Shown in pieces: positions 28,815 through 41,475 of a stretch of 64,000 bases of DNA; within the stretch, counting starts at the first letter, position 1; each line of letters begins with the position of its first letter. The position numbers and the translations under genes are program-made. The notes below the pieces were generated by a model, which did no database searches, was not told the origin of the DNA, and saw only the letters and a list, made by a program, of their open reading frames with translations. The DNA is from Octopus vulgaris (Eukaryota), in assembly GCA_951406725.2 (NCBI GenBank), contig OX597821.1:97898001-97962000 (forward strand), given 5' to 3'.

Positions 28815-29460
28815 GGCCCCTCAACTTCACAGGTCTTCATGGTCTGTCTTGCCACCTAAATGCTGGTCATTTCATTCATCACACCCAGCTAAACTTAATC
28901 ATTAAGCAAGCCTTAACTTGGATTAATATCTCCTCAGTTCTGGAACCAGTGAAGCTATCCAGAAGTGATGAGAAGAGACCAGAGGATCTTACCCTTTGTC
29001 CCTGGAGAAGAGGTAGGTGCCTCATCTGGGACACCACAGTCTCTGATTCTTTTTCTCCCTCCAACATCCTGAATGCTGTGGTAAATTGGAGGGTCACTGC
29101 TTCCATAACTGAATGGAACAATACCCCAAAGTATCAGGACCTGTCAGTGAACAACCTCTTCCAGCCTGTGGCATTTGAGATGTTTGGAGGGACTGGACTA
29201 CTAACAGTGAAGTTCTCATCATCATTAGCAGTTTGCCTTACCTAGCTGTCAGGTGATGACCAAGAGGGTGCTTGGCTTTACCAATGCTTTAGCCTCACCA
29301 TCGCCTGTGGTATTATCACAAGTATGTTGGCTTGCTTCAGAAGATTCTGTTGAACCTTGTGGTGTGCGACGAATTGAGGCACATGATGCTTCATTGATGT
29401 TTTTCCTTTCTCCTTTTTTTGTTTTTTCTTTTGTAAAATATATTCCTTTTCACTGAATTA
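28815..29460 (+). mobile_element. CRE-clade non-LTR retrotransposon 3' fragment (RLE domain)
   Basis: GLHGLSC..AGH..H.QLNLIIKQAL..LEPVKLSRSDEKRPEDLTLCPWRRGRCLIWDTTVSD..KY..FQPVAFEMFGG. Confidence 0.85.
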
Positions 29461-29619
29461 ACTAAACTATTTTAAATTATGTAAATTTAAGCACAAATGT
29501 TTAATTAGTTAATTAAAGCAGAATATATCTGTGTTAGCAGAAATATTCTGATTTATTTATCTAACCTGTTGATACACTGTCAATCTCACTTGGCAACAAA
29601 AAGGTTTTTTGGCTTTGTA

Positions 29620-30080
29620 CCAAAAGACCAGACTGTAATGGACATATGTCTGGAATGTAGTGCTACATGTTAATAAGATATGGGGCACTGAATGTAAATG
29701 AGGCATGGAGGTTGGAGAGAAATGAATGAAAAATTGTCTGTTAGAAATGTGATGTTAATCTGAGTGGAATGTGAAGCTTCAGGGAGCTGAAAAAATTGCT
29801 GTATGTTAATGGCATTAGCTGATTCATAAAGGGGAGATGACTGCGCTTGTTTAGATATGTAATGTAAATGGCTGTCAAGCGAGAAAGTATTGGTTGTAGT
29901 TGGTAGAAGGTAACTATGATGAAGCAAAACTGAAGAAAATGTGGGAAGAAGGAGTCAGATCTTGAGAAACTGGCCATCACAGAAGAACTAACAAAAAATT
30001 GAGGCAAATGGTATTATGATTTACAAATGATTTGTCCAACTGATGCCTCTGTAGAAAATAAAGTTCTTAAACTGATGATA
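29620..30080 (+). mobile_element. Old, heavily decayed RTE 3' fragment
   Basis: ALNVNEAWRLERNE..CDVNL..RELKK parallels AVTAEDVRKLTRNE..DNVNV of the younger RTE. Confidence 0.55.
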
Positions 30081-31953
30081 AGGACTAGGAGGAGGATCAG
30101 TAGCTGCAGGGTTCAACTGCTTGTTGTAGCTTTAAAAGGAATATTAAAAAAAACACTTCAAGAATTAGGGATTTAGTACTTTAATGAGTATAAAGTATTT
30201 ATTACTGGGTGTTGATGGATAAATATAGATGTAGAATGTGTGTTAATCATCAGCCTAATAGTTATGATGTTAGTCAAGAACAAACTAATTTAAAACATGA
30301 ACATTGAAGTCCAGTATGAGTGACTGTTGAATAAATGTTATAATTACAGAAAGATAACAATGTGTTTGTATGTGTTTCTGAGTTAATATACATGAATAGA
30401 TATAATTGTGCGGCTTCTGTGCCGGTGGCACGTAAAAAGCACCATCCAAACGTAGCCAATGCCAGCGCCGCCTTGACTGGCTTCTGTGCCGGTGGCATGT
30501 AAAAAGCACCATCCAAACGTGGCTGATGCCAGTGCTGCCTTGACTGGCTTCTGTGCCGGTGGCACATAAAAAGCACCAACTGATCGTGGCTGCTGCCAGA
30601 CTCCCCTGGCACCTGTGCCGGTGGCACGTAAAAAGCACCTACTACACTCACGGAGTGGTTGGTGTTAGGAAGGGCATCCAGCTGTAGAAACACTGCCAGA
30701 TCAGACTAGAGCCTGGTGCAGCCTCCTGGCTTCCCAGACCCCGGTCGAACCGTCCAACCCGTGCTAGCACGGAAAACGGACATTAAACGATGATGATGAT
30801 AATGATGATGATGATGATGATTACCCCATATATAACTAATACATTATATAGCTAGTATGTTAGCCCAGAGACTATGAAAGATGAGGTTGTATGTTTCCAC
30901 ATAGAATGCTCATTACCATCTCTAACTGTGTGTGTGTGAGAGTGAAAATATGAGAGGCGAGTGTGAGAGAATCATCTTTCACAGCATTGCATTTGAACAT
31001 AAAACCCTACAATATTTTGAAAATCTCTTTAAAAAACATAATCCAAGGACTGAAAGAACTGAGCAGATATCCAAAAAGGTGGCCATTCCATTGGCTGAAA
31101 AATGGTAGTCTTAGTTATGTCCCTCTATGTACCAGTAAAGTACTTTGGTTGGTAGAAATCCAATGCTTGTAATTGATGGAAATAATAGTCAGTTAGGTGA
31201 GTTGACCTTTCACAAATTTTCTTGATCTTTTGTGTACAACGTGGTCCACTGATTAGTTGTAAATGGTGACTAGGCTTAATATCCTATATAATAAAAAAAC
31301 ATTTAAGAAATTGGGTGGATAGCTTTTCTCTACATCCTGAACAACCACTGGTTTGTAGTTTACTGCTAATCACTGGTATTGCACAGTAAGCAAAACAGTT
31401 GATTCTTAGCAGCCCAGAAAGATAACGTCTGTAAAACATTAAACAACAACAGCAGCAACAACAACAATCTAATGTTGAGTAGTGTTTGGTTGCATTGTAA
31501 TGTTCAACATTGTAATGTATGATCAAAATAAAAGTTGTTTGGTACCAGTTTAGTAAGACCAGTCTCCAATTGATCTTTCATCACTATTGGTCATCATTGA
31601 TTATTCTTGACCATTAGGAAGGGCATCCAGCTGTAGAAACATTGCCAGATAAGACTGGAGCCTGGTGCAGCCTTCTGGCTTCCTAGATCCCCGGTCGAAC
31701 CATCCAACCCATGCTAGCATGGAGAACGGACGCTAAACGATGATGATGATGATGATGATTCTTAATCACCACTACTCATCTTTAATCACTATTGATAATC
31801 CTTAATCATCATTGCTCAACTAAATCACTCACATTACTCTTAATTGTCATTGTTTCTGAACACGAAATCTCAGGTAAATAACACAACCAGGTAAGAAATC
31901 AGTTTGATACCTAATTAAAGAATTAAAATGTCAAGTTAGAGAATGATATTTAC

Positions 31954-32087
31954 CTTATCCTTCTGTGGTATATGCATTCCAAGCTTATTCATTTTCCAGC
32001 TTTTTTATGATTTCTCAATAAATCTGAAGACGTCTTACAGTGATCGGTTGATAAAACAAGTGAACACTTAATTCTCTCCACCAAAAA
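31954..32087 (-). CDS. Putative host exon (5' UTR + start of CDS MNKLGMHIPQKDK), gene unidentified
   Basis: Acceptor ttatttttgtttatttctttcag, donor AAG|gtaaat, aaaATG at 31992 giving 13 codons in phase 0; lies in non-repetitive sequence. Confidence 0.3.
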
Positions 32088-33094
32088 CTGAAAGAAATAA
32101 ACAAAAATAATAATTAATATAGCCATCATCCACTGATTAATTCTGAAAGAGATTTCATATAATTAGTCTTGCTCTGAAGAAATTTGGTAGTTTAAAACCC
32201 CTAAGAGAATTTTTGAGCTTAAGAACCAAGATCTTGAGTGGTTGGACCTCATTCAACTTCTGTCTTCATACTCTCTCCTCAGGCTGTCTCTTGGATAAAT
32301 TATGATAAATCATCATGTTGCATAGATATAGAAATAAGTGTAGAACAGCCATCTTATTAGAGTCAAATGAACTGATAATTCCTTTGATGATAATTTTTCA
32401 GAGTACTAAATTGATTTTTAGAAATGAATTCTTTTAAAATATTTTTATCTACACAATGCTTTGATCAGTTTGATCTCTGATTTGAACCAGCTATCTTATT
32501 CCTAGTTGTATACAAAGTTCCACATTAGATTTGAACTTGGAACCTTTATTTCTGGAGTAAGGGTGATAATTCTGTTATGAATTATGCTTTTAAGAAGAAA
32601 CTACTCTTAGATCAAACTGATCAAAATGTGGTACAAGTATAAATATTAAAGTGTTTTTTTTTTTAATAAAAAATGAGATTAATAGTTAGAGGACGTAAAA
32701 GAAATGACATAAACACAACATTGGTTGACCAGGGTAGACATAAACACATACACAGACATAGGTAGGTATATAAATGAATGAAAATAGAACCCAACACATG
32801 CTGTTGGGGTTAAAAGTGTTTATTAACAAGTTGATTCAGCCCCACATTACTCAACTAGTTGCCTATCCTATTTCCGGATGAGTTTAGTCTGTCTAGTTAG
32901 CATATTCACCTAATAGGTAGGTAATCAGATGACTGATCTTACTGTTGCAAATGTTTACTTCATGTGTGTCACAGAGCTTCAGAAGCCTTCATCTCCCATC
33001 TCATTCTTTATACCATATTCATAGGCCTATACCTATACTGGCGTAGCCATCATGGTGTTACCATATCTACATGTCACCAGCTGTGACACCGATG

Positions 33095-33575
33095 TCACTG
33101 TCAATCATTACTGAGCTGTTCTGTTTCAATAGTAAGGTGCCATTTCCAATTTGTAGAAGTTGATGAAAGAATTCCTCAGCTAAGGGGTTGTTGTAGAGAT
33201 AAGCTCACACATTGTTGCTTAATGAAAGCTGATGAACAAACCTCTACAAAGGTGAAAACTTCAGTCATACATAGATGCCATCAGCTCACATACCCGTGGT
33301 ATGACTGGTAACATTTGACAGAAATCCCCTTCAAGGACAACAGTTAAGCACTCCATAATGACAGTATTGTTTCTAATATCCCTTAGTGATCTATCTAGGG
33401 CTTCTAGTGCACCACAGTGTACCACCATGCATTCATCCCAGACAAGAAATGTAGTTTAGAGCAGAACTTCAACCGTCGGTGATCGTTTAGAAATATTACA
33501 CATTTGGGCATCGCTGAAGTGAGATTTCTTGAGCACAAATAGAGGCAGTTTTCTTTGTGGCCCTTTTTGGGGGAG
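33095..33575 (-). pseudogene. PIF1-family helicase fragment, Helitron-derived
   Basis: KLPL..CNISKRS..LVWDECMVVHCGALEALDRSLRDIRNN..VVLEGDFCQMLPVIPR..QLLQIGNG; frameshifted. Confidence 0.85.
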
Positions 33576-35382
33576 ATAAATGAGAATGTCTTCGTTTTGG
33601 TGATATGGCTGAAAAGAGCGAACAATTAAGGAACATATAAGATGGAAGACATAGCAATTTGAAGTTGTGCATTGTATAATTTGATTTTTTAGTAACGAAT
33701 GAAAAGATGTGGAAAAATTCTTAAGTCAATTTGTATACAGTTATTATGAGAAGAGGTAAAGAGTGAATGATTTGGTTATGTTCTGTGTTGATAAGCATAA
33801 TGCATTCTGTTAGCTGATATATAGAGGAGTGGATCACTGGCGTAATGGAAATTATTGTTTGTCCAGAAGTGAAGTGTGGAGTTCAATTTGCATGAAAGTT
33901 ATTTACGTTCTTAAGAAGGATCACAAACTATGTAGTGTTTCATGAAATAAAAAGGGGTTAATATGATTTTGCCCAGAAATCATGTTTTCAAAATTATAAT
34001 TTCCCCACTCCCCACTAAAATTTCCAAATTTTTAACTTTTTCGAATTTCGTTTTTTTTATGCACATGGAAAAATAATCGATTACAAATGTGGGAAATATA
34101 ATTTGTTTTTGAAAATTTAATTTTTCTGAAAGAAATACTGAATGCCCCTTCCCCCTCCTCGGCCACCCATCAGCTACCTGCTTTTGGATGAAATGCAAAT
34201 CTCCTGTATGGAAAACATAGAAATGTGAGTAAATTGAGGAAGGAAATAAGTAGCGGGGAGGATATGCAAATGTCATCTCAGACATGCTAGAAACAACAGG
34301 TAAAGGACAGGATTTCTGAGATAACTTCCTTGTAAGTTTAAATGGAAGATCAGGTTTTGAAATACGCTCATCACAAACAGGAATGACAGAATAGGAAAAG
34401 GTAATTTCTATAGGATTTGAGCTGTAATTTATGGCGCAGCAAGGAATAACAATTCATACAGAATTTAAACTATATGTGTGTGTGTGTGCGTGTGTGTGTG
34501 TGCCAAAGGAAATTATTTTTGCATACCTTTCTTAATTCCAAAAGAAGGAAATGTAGTGAAGTTGTAATATGTTAACAGCAGAAGGTCTCCATATATTATA
34601 ATGAGAAATTGAAAGAGAAAGATAGAGCCTAATTCTATGTACACTTGAAACATGAGACAAAAGTGAAAATGACCTTAAAATTGTGCGACACAACCTCATT
34701 TCTGAGGTTTTAGCATCCCTTCTGTCCCACTTCCCCCTCTCTTTGTGCTGCTTTCTTTTACCTTCATCTATAGGACATACAGTATCAATTTTGTGCTGGC
34801 TTTCCTTCACTTTCAGCTATAGAACCTACATAGGATATGAAACATCAGCATCTGTCTCACACCCGCTACCCATCTTTCAACTTCTATAGAAACTTGTTTT
34901 CTGTTTCTGTTTCTTTCTCTTGTCTCTCTGTCTTTTTCTCATTCTGAGTTTCACTCAGTCGTTCTGTAAAAATTAATTTCTTTATGATTTGAGGAGAGTA
35001 GAAATTTAAAGAAAAGAGAAAGTGAAAAGGAGAGAGAGAGAGCAGAAAGTAAAGGAAATGAGAAAGAGAAATGTATATGAAATGGACGTGTATGTGTGTG
35101 TGTGCGTGCGAGAGAGAGAGAGAGAGAGAGAGTGAGTGAAGGTGTGTGTCATAATGATGGATGTCTTTTAAGGTACACATTCATAGAGAAAATGTGACCT
35201 CATTGTCGTTATCATTGTATAAAATGTTTACAATAGTTGAGTTATGGAAAAGGTTATAATTTTAAATTTTTGTAATGGAAATATGTCAATGAAAATAAAG
35301 TTTAAATGGTAGTGGAAATAGTACTGAATCTTTTGATACCCCATACATCAAAATCAGCAGCTTGGTTTTGGAATGCATAAGG

Positions 35383-35417
<35 letters not shown>

Positions 35418-35476
35418 TCATACAAACTCTCTTTTATAGATATAAGCATATATATATATATATGCAGACATATATA

Positions 35477-35512
<36 letters not shown>

Positions 35513-35919
35513 TCTGTATATATATATAGGTGTGAATGTGTATGTATGCAGACATTGTGAATGCAGGAGGTTTATGTCTATATATTGTGAGAATATGGTT
35601 GCGTGTATTTTTTATCTTTTTTCTTTTTCTACCTATTAGAGTAACTTCCCTTTTATTCAATGGATTTTCATAGCAACTGTTACCACTAATAGCCAACGAG
35701 AATGCATCGTAGCTCTTTGCTCCAACATTTGAAACTCTGAGTACTATAATGACAACTTTTTACTGTTTATTCTAAATTATAACATATATATATATATATA
35801 TATATATATAGTAAATCCCCCCAAAAAACAAAGAATAAACACAACAAGAAAAAAACAACAACATGAGGACATGGAACATACAAAGTATTAGCAGATGCTC
35901 AGGGAAGGAAAGAAAGATA

Positions 35920-35956
35920 GCATTTACGTTTCAAGCAAAGTTCTTTGTCAGAAACA
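35920..35956 (-). ncRNA. Decayed minimal hammerhead-like motif in a (TA)n-embedded island (~35810-36060)
   Basis: gttt CTGACAA agaactttgctt GAAA cg TA aatg. Confidence 0.5.
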
Positions 35957-36239
35957 GGAGATAGAGGAAATCCAAGAGAAAAGGAAGATGGAAGAAAAAA
36001 ATCGTCAACGATCCACATGTGATTACATTTCGAAATGACGAGAAGGGAATGGGTAAAGAAAAAGTTCTTTCTAAGACAGGAGAATGTAAGAGAAAGAGGT
36101 ATCTGTGTGTATGTGAGGGTATGTGCGTGCATGCAAGTCTGTGTGTGTGTGTGTAGCATGTGTGTGTGTGTGTGTGTGGTGTTTGGGAGGTGTTGGCTGT
36201 TTATATGTGTATGTGTGAGTGACATATATATATATATAT

Positions 36240-36647
36240 GGTGCAGGAGTGGCTGTGTGGTAAGTAGCTTGTTTACCAACCACATGGTTCTGGGTTCAGT
36301 CCCACTGCGTGGCACCTTGGACAAGTGTCTTCTACTATAGCCTCGGGCCGACCAAAGCCTTGTGAGTGGATTTGGTAGATGGAAACTGAAAAAAGCCTGT
36401 CGTATATATGTATATATATATATATGCGTGTGTGTGTTTGTGTGTCTGTGTTTGTCCCCCTAGCATTGCTTGACAACCGATGCTGGTGTGTTTATGTCCC
36501 CGTCACTTAGCGGTTCGGCAAAAGAGACCGATAGAATAAGTACTGGGCTTACAAAGAATAAGTCCCGGGGTCGAGTTGCTCGATTAAAGGCGGTGCTCCA
36601 GCATGGCTGCAGTCAAATGACTGAAACAAGTAAAAGAGTAAAAGAGT
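36240..36647 (+). mobile_element. CORE-type SINE family A
   Basis: Family match. Confidence 0.9.
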
Positions 36648-37447
36648 ATATATATATATAATTTCATATCCTATCTGTTTGTATATCTCCCAATCTCTCT
36701 GGCTCTCTCTCCTATGAAATATACCTTATATTGTGGTGGTAGTAGTAGAGTAGTAGAGATAGCAACCACTAAAACACCTCTACTTCAACCAACAACAACA
36801 AGAAGAGTAGCAGCAACAGTTATCAACAGTTTTATCAAATAGCGGTAGGTGGTTATCTCATTCGAGATAAATAACACCTATAATAGAATGAAGTATTGTT
36901 TTTACTGCATGACATTTCAAACGCTAGTAAGCAAGCTGACACTATAAGCTGTGATCATTTGCAATAGCACACTGCTAATGAGCCTCTTAAGACAACATAC
37001 CTTAATTACCTCTTAACTCTATATCTTAACATTTCAATTAAGAATATCAAAGACATTTTCTTTTTCATTTAACAGATGTGGTAAGGAGACTTCAGAAGAT
37101 CTTGACATTTTAACATTTTAGCTTTACTGTTATTATTAAAATGTCTGTATAGTTTTTGTGTGTATTAGTATTTATGTGTATATATGTATGTATGTATGTA
37201 TGTATGTGAGTGTTACTGAAAAAAAATTTCAGTAACTGTTGAAAAACCAATTACAGCAGTGACTTAATTAATTCCTAGCAATATCTGAAGAAGGAATTGT
37301 TGTATTCCAAAATATTATTATTACATTAGACTAAGGATAATTAAATTATAACAGTTATTATAATCCACTCTGCATTGTTGTGCCATTCAAGACATGTCAT
37401 ATTTTACAAACAATACACAATGCTTCAAGCGAAGTACAATACTCTCC

Positions 37448-37515
<68 letters not shown>

Positions 37516-37644
37516 TTCAGCAAAATTTAGATTCAAATGAATATGGTACTTAAGTTAGATGCACCAGAATTTTGCATGGTGTTATCCATATAAATCCATG
37601 GGGTGATTATAATCAAAATAAGCAAAAAGAATATCTCCAGTAAT

Positions 37645-37730
37645 TTGGTACGATCGTTTCACGCTACATCATTTTATTAAATATTGTAAGTATTACAACA
37701 GTTTTAAAATGTTGAGCAATCATCAGCCAT
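37645..37730 (-). ncRNA. Type I hammerhead ribozyme motif with long stem II, intact core
   Basis: tgg CTGATGA ttgctcaacatttta...taaaatgatgtagcgt GAAA cgatcg TA cca; palindromic stem III acgatcgt. Confidence 0.7.
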
Positions 37731-37789
37731 TTACAGAGTATGTGTGCATACTCATACATGAACATAGGTAGATAAGGCCTCAAGAGTGA

Positions 37790-38660
37790 AGAGCTGGGCT
37801 TGGAAAGACTGGAGAAATGGAGGTAGCAAAGAGCTATATCAGGTAGCCAAGAGGGAAGCTAGGTGACAGGTTTCTCTAGAAAGGAAGAGGTTTGCCAATG
37901 TCTTACAGTGTGAAGATCAGAGTCTTGAGGTGTTCTGGATCACTAGACAGTGTGTCAGAGACAATCAAAATGTGTGGGAGAGAATTGTGTATGGATGGAT
38001 AATGGTATGCTTGCACTTAGAAACTCTGAAAAGAAAAGAGGCGTGAAAGTGCTGTTATGAAAGGCTATTAAATGTAGAAAATGAATGGGAGTAAGAGAGT
38101 CTCCCCTATGAGAATCCAACAGAGAGACCAGCTATTTGAGTTGACAGCAGTGTGATTAATTAGGCAATTAAGCATATGAAGACAGGGAAATCCCCTGGTC
38201 CATTGAGAGTTACCACTAAAGTGTCTAAAATACCTGGCAGAGTAGGATATGGTCTAGTTAACCCATACAGTTAAGTGGGTTATTCAGGAAGGTGTCATCC
38301 CCTATGACTCATGTAGCAGAAGTATGGTTAACTGTTACAAAGAAGCAGTTACAGGTATCACATAACTAGAGCAAGTCATGAAAATTATGGAAACGGTTAT
38401 AGCCTAATTAATTAGGAACAAAATCAGATTAGATAAAATACAGTTTGGTTTTGTGCTGGGGAGAAGCACAGCTAATGCTATTGTTATAGCCAGAAAACTT
38501 CAGGAAAAGTATCTGGCTAAAAATAAACAATTGTATTTGGCATGTATGGACTTGGAGAAAGCCTTCAACAGACTACTCTGCTGTGAAATATGGTGGGCTC
38601 TGAGGAAGCTAGGAGTGGACAAGTGGCTCGTGAAAGTTGTACAGGCCATGTACAGAAGTT
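37790..38660 (+). mobile_element. Decayed RTE LINE internal fragment (pre-RT linker + RT N-half)
   Basis: AWKDWRNGGSKELYQ.., QFGFVLGRSTANAI..LQEKYLAKNKQLYLACMDLEKAFNR; homologous to 49620-50530. Confidence 0.85.
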
Positions 38661-38749
38661 CATAGCCATGTTTAACAGGTGTGTTATGCCAGCATCATCA
38701 CTGTAAGCCGCAAGGCCAAGTAAGAGGTAGATAGCTGTCTACCTGAGAA

Positions 38750-39290
38750 ACATGGTGACAAAAGATGGAAAATCTTCAGGAAATCAAGAGAAGTATAGCA
38801 TTTGGTTGGACACACATTAAGATGGAAAACTTTATGAAAAGTCCCAAGGCTTCCATGAAAATTAAAAGAAAGTTCAACGAGTATCCCTGCCAGTGATGAT
38901 TTACAGCAGTGAAACATAGGCTCTCAATACTACTATCATGAATACCCCCTTTGTATCCCAACAGAAAATGGAATGAATTATGCTTGGCATTACATTGCAA
39001 GACAAGAAAACCAATACTGGGATTCAACAGCAAATAAGAGTTAAGTGTCATAAGAACCATCAAGGAGAATGAATATAGATGGGCTGGGCATATTGCATGA
39101 CTAAAGGACAGCAGATGGACAATCAGGGTGTAGGAATTGACATCAAGACAATGGACAAGATTAAGAGGACAACCAAAGACAAGATGGCATGATGATTTCA
39201 CCCAGGACCTGGGACCTACATGGCTATGACTAGCCAGTGACAGACAGCAATGGAAGGACTTCAGGAAGGGGTTCCTTTTTCAGGAGCAAT
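38750..39290 (+). mobile_element. 3' fragment of a second RTE family
   Basis: MIYSSET.., MLGITLQDK.., YRWAGHIA.LKDSRWT.., RGQPKTRWHDD. Confidence 0.75.
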
Positions 39291-39298
39291 GAAACCAT

Positions 39299-39338
<40 letters not shown>

Positions 39339-39341
<3 letters not shown>

Positions 39342-39501
39342 CACAGGAGTGGCTGTGTGGTAAGTAGCTTGCTAGCCAACCACATGGTTCCGGGTTCAGT
39401 CCCACTGCGTGGCATCTTGGGCAAGTGTCTTCTGCTATAGCCCCGGGCCGACCAATGCCTTGTGAGTGGATTTGGTAGACGGAAACTGAAAGAAGCCTGT
39501 C

Positions 39502-39540
<39 letters not shown>

Positions 39541-39768
39541 TGTGTGTGTATTTGTGTGTTTGTCCCCCTAGCATTGCTTGACCACCGATGCTGGTGTGTT
39601 TACGTCCCCGTCACTTAGCGGTTCGGCAAAAAGAGACCTCCAGATGGCTGCACCAGACTCCAATCTGATCTGGCAGAGTCTCTACAGCTGGATGCCCTTC
39701 CTAATGCCAACCACTCCGAGAGTGTAGTGGGTGCTTTTATGTGCCACCAGCATGAAAGAAGCCCATCG

Positions 39769-39801
<33 letters not shown>

Positions 39802-40005
39802 ATGCGTGTGTGTGTTTGTCCCCTAGCATTGCTTGACAACCGATGCTGGTGTGTTTATGTCCCCGTTACTTAGCAGTTCGGCAAAAGAGACCAATAGAAT
39901 AAGTACTGGGCCTACAAAAAGAATAAGTCCTGGGGTCGAGTTGCTTGACTAAAGGCGGTGCTCCAGCATGGCCGCAGTCAAATGACTGAAACAAGTAAAA
40001 AGAGT
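39339..40005 (+). mobile_element. Rearranged SINE family A with inverted RTE-tail insert (39638-39750)
   Basis: The SINE segment gaaagaagcc..aaagagacc occurs twice, flanking the insert. Confidence 0.8.
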
Positions 40006-40497
40006 AAAAAAAAAAAAAGAGATAGAGAGGCAAGCAATAGATGCCCAATCAAGGAGCTCAATGATGTAGCATTTTTTGTCTTTCTATTTTCACAAGTCTT
40101 TTATATTCATTGTCCACATCTCTTTATCATGCAGCTGCATGCTTTGTACATAAGGATTTTACAATCTGCCCTTTAATCTGAAGAAAAAGCCCTTTTTGGC
40201 CTGCAGAAGTAATAGCTTCCTGAACTTTTCTTAAACAGTCCTTACACTGACTTCTATAGATGGAACCTGTGAATGACTGAAATTTCAGAAAAGTTGGGAT
40301 AAAGAAGTGTAGATTTGTCTCAGGATATTGAATGTCACAGAGGAGCTGACAAAGGACGAAGATGGTGATTACATGCAGTGCTCATTAAGATTTACCTACC
40401 TGTGCAAGCACGGTAAAACTGATGTCAAAAATAGTGCTAGCGAGTGATGAGGACTGGAAATGTAAAATATATATATACACACACACATATATATATG

Positions 40498-40564
<67 letters not shown>

Positions 40565-40565
40565 G

Positions 40566-40603
<38 letters not shown>

Positions 40604-40639
40604 AAAAAGGAGATGTGGAACACGAGTTGTGATATATAA

Positions 40640-40893
40640 AAAGGAAATGAAGAAAATGCTGACAAAATAATTTAAGTAATTTAATTAGGAGAAAGTTCTT
40701 TTTACCGGTTGCGCATTTGTTATGCTTATCAAAAGATTAGAGTTCCTTTCTGATAGATAAGAGGAAAAAATCTATCAGAAAGGAACTCTAATCTTTTGAT
40801 AAGCATAACAAATGCGCAACCGGTAAAAAGAACATTCACCTAATTAAATTACTTAAATTACTTAAATTATTTTGTCAGCATTTTCTTCATTTC

Positions 40894-40897
<4 letters not shown>
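40640..40897. repeat. ~120-bp near-perfect palindrome in (TA)n (11-nt loop 40759-40769)
   Basis: Arms differ by 2 substitutions and a 9-bp duplication. Confidence 0.95.
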
Positions 40898-40941
<44 letters not shown>

Positions 40942-41422
40942 GTATGTGTAGAGTGTATATTAATGGTTTAGTATGAGTATGTACTGTTGTGAAATATTTT
41001 AATATATTTTAATATTTTAATTTCAATTTTTACGTATTAATTATATTTTCTACATTATTAATGACAATATGTATTTGAACCAAATCTTGGATTTAAGGTT
41101 TTTCCTTGATTTTTATAACTTTATATTTTATATTGAACTCATTTATTTGTTTTGTTTATTTTTGTTCATCGCTCGCATATGACCGTCATTTGAAAGGACC
41201 AATCAAACAAATCCATTTTTAAAGGTGTGTCGTTTATACTAGCCTTGATAGAATTGTCATCTCAGTTCTATTTTAGCAAAACTGTCCTCCGAACAGGAAC
41301 GTGAAACTCCGAGTAACAGCTTTTATTAAATTTCTGCTGCTTTTAAATAAAGCATATTACTCTACCTCTGGTATTTGAATACACTTTTTTCCACCTTGTT
41401 TCACATTTATGTGTTTACTCCA

Positions 41423-41470
<48 letters not shown>

Positions 41471-41475
41471 TTATA

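Noticed and set aside
30418-30640. CRISPR-like repeat array
   Set aside because: Eukaryotic LINE UTR tandem repeat; the 'spacers' are homologous to each other and there are no cas genes.
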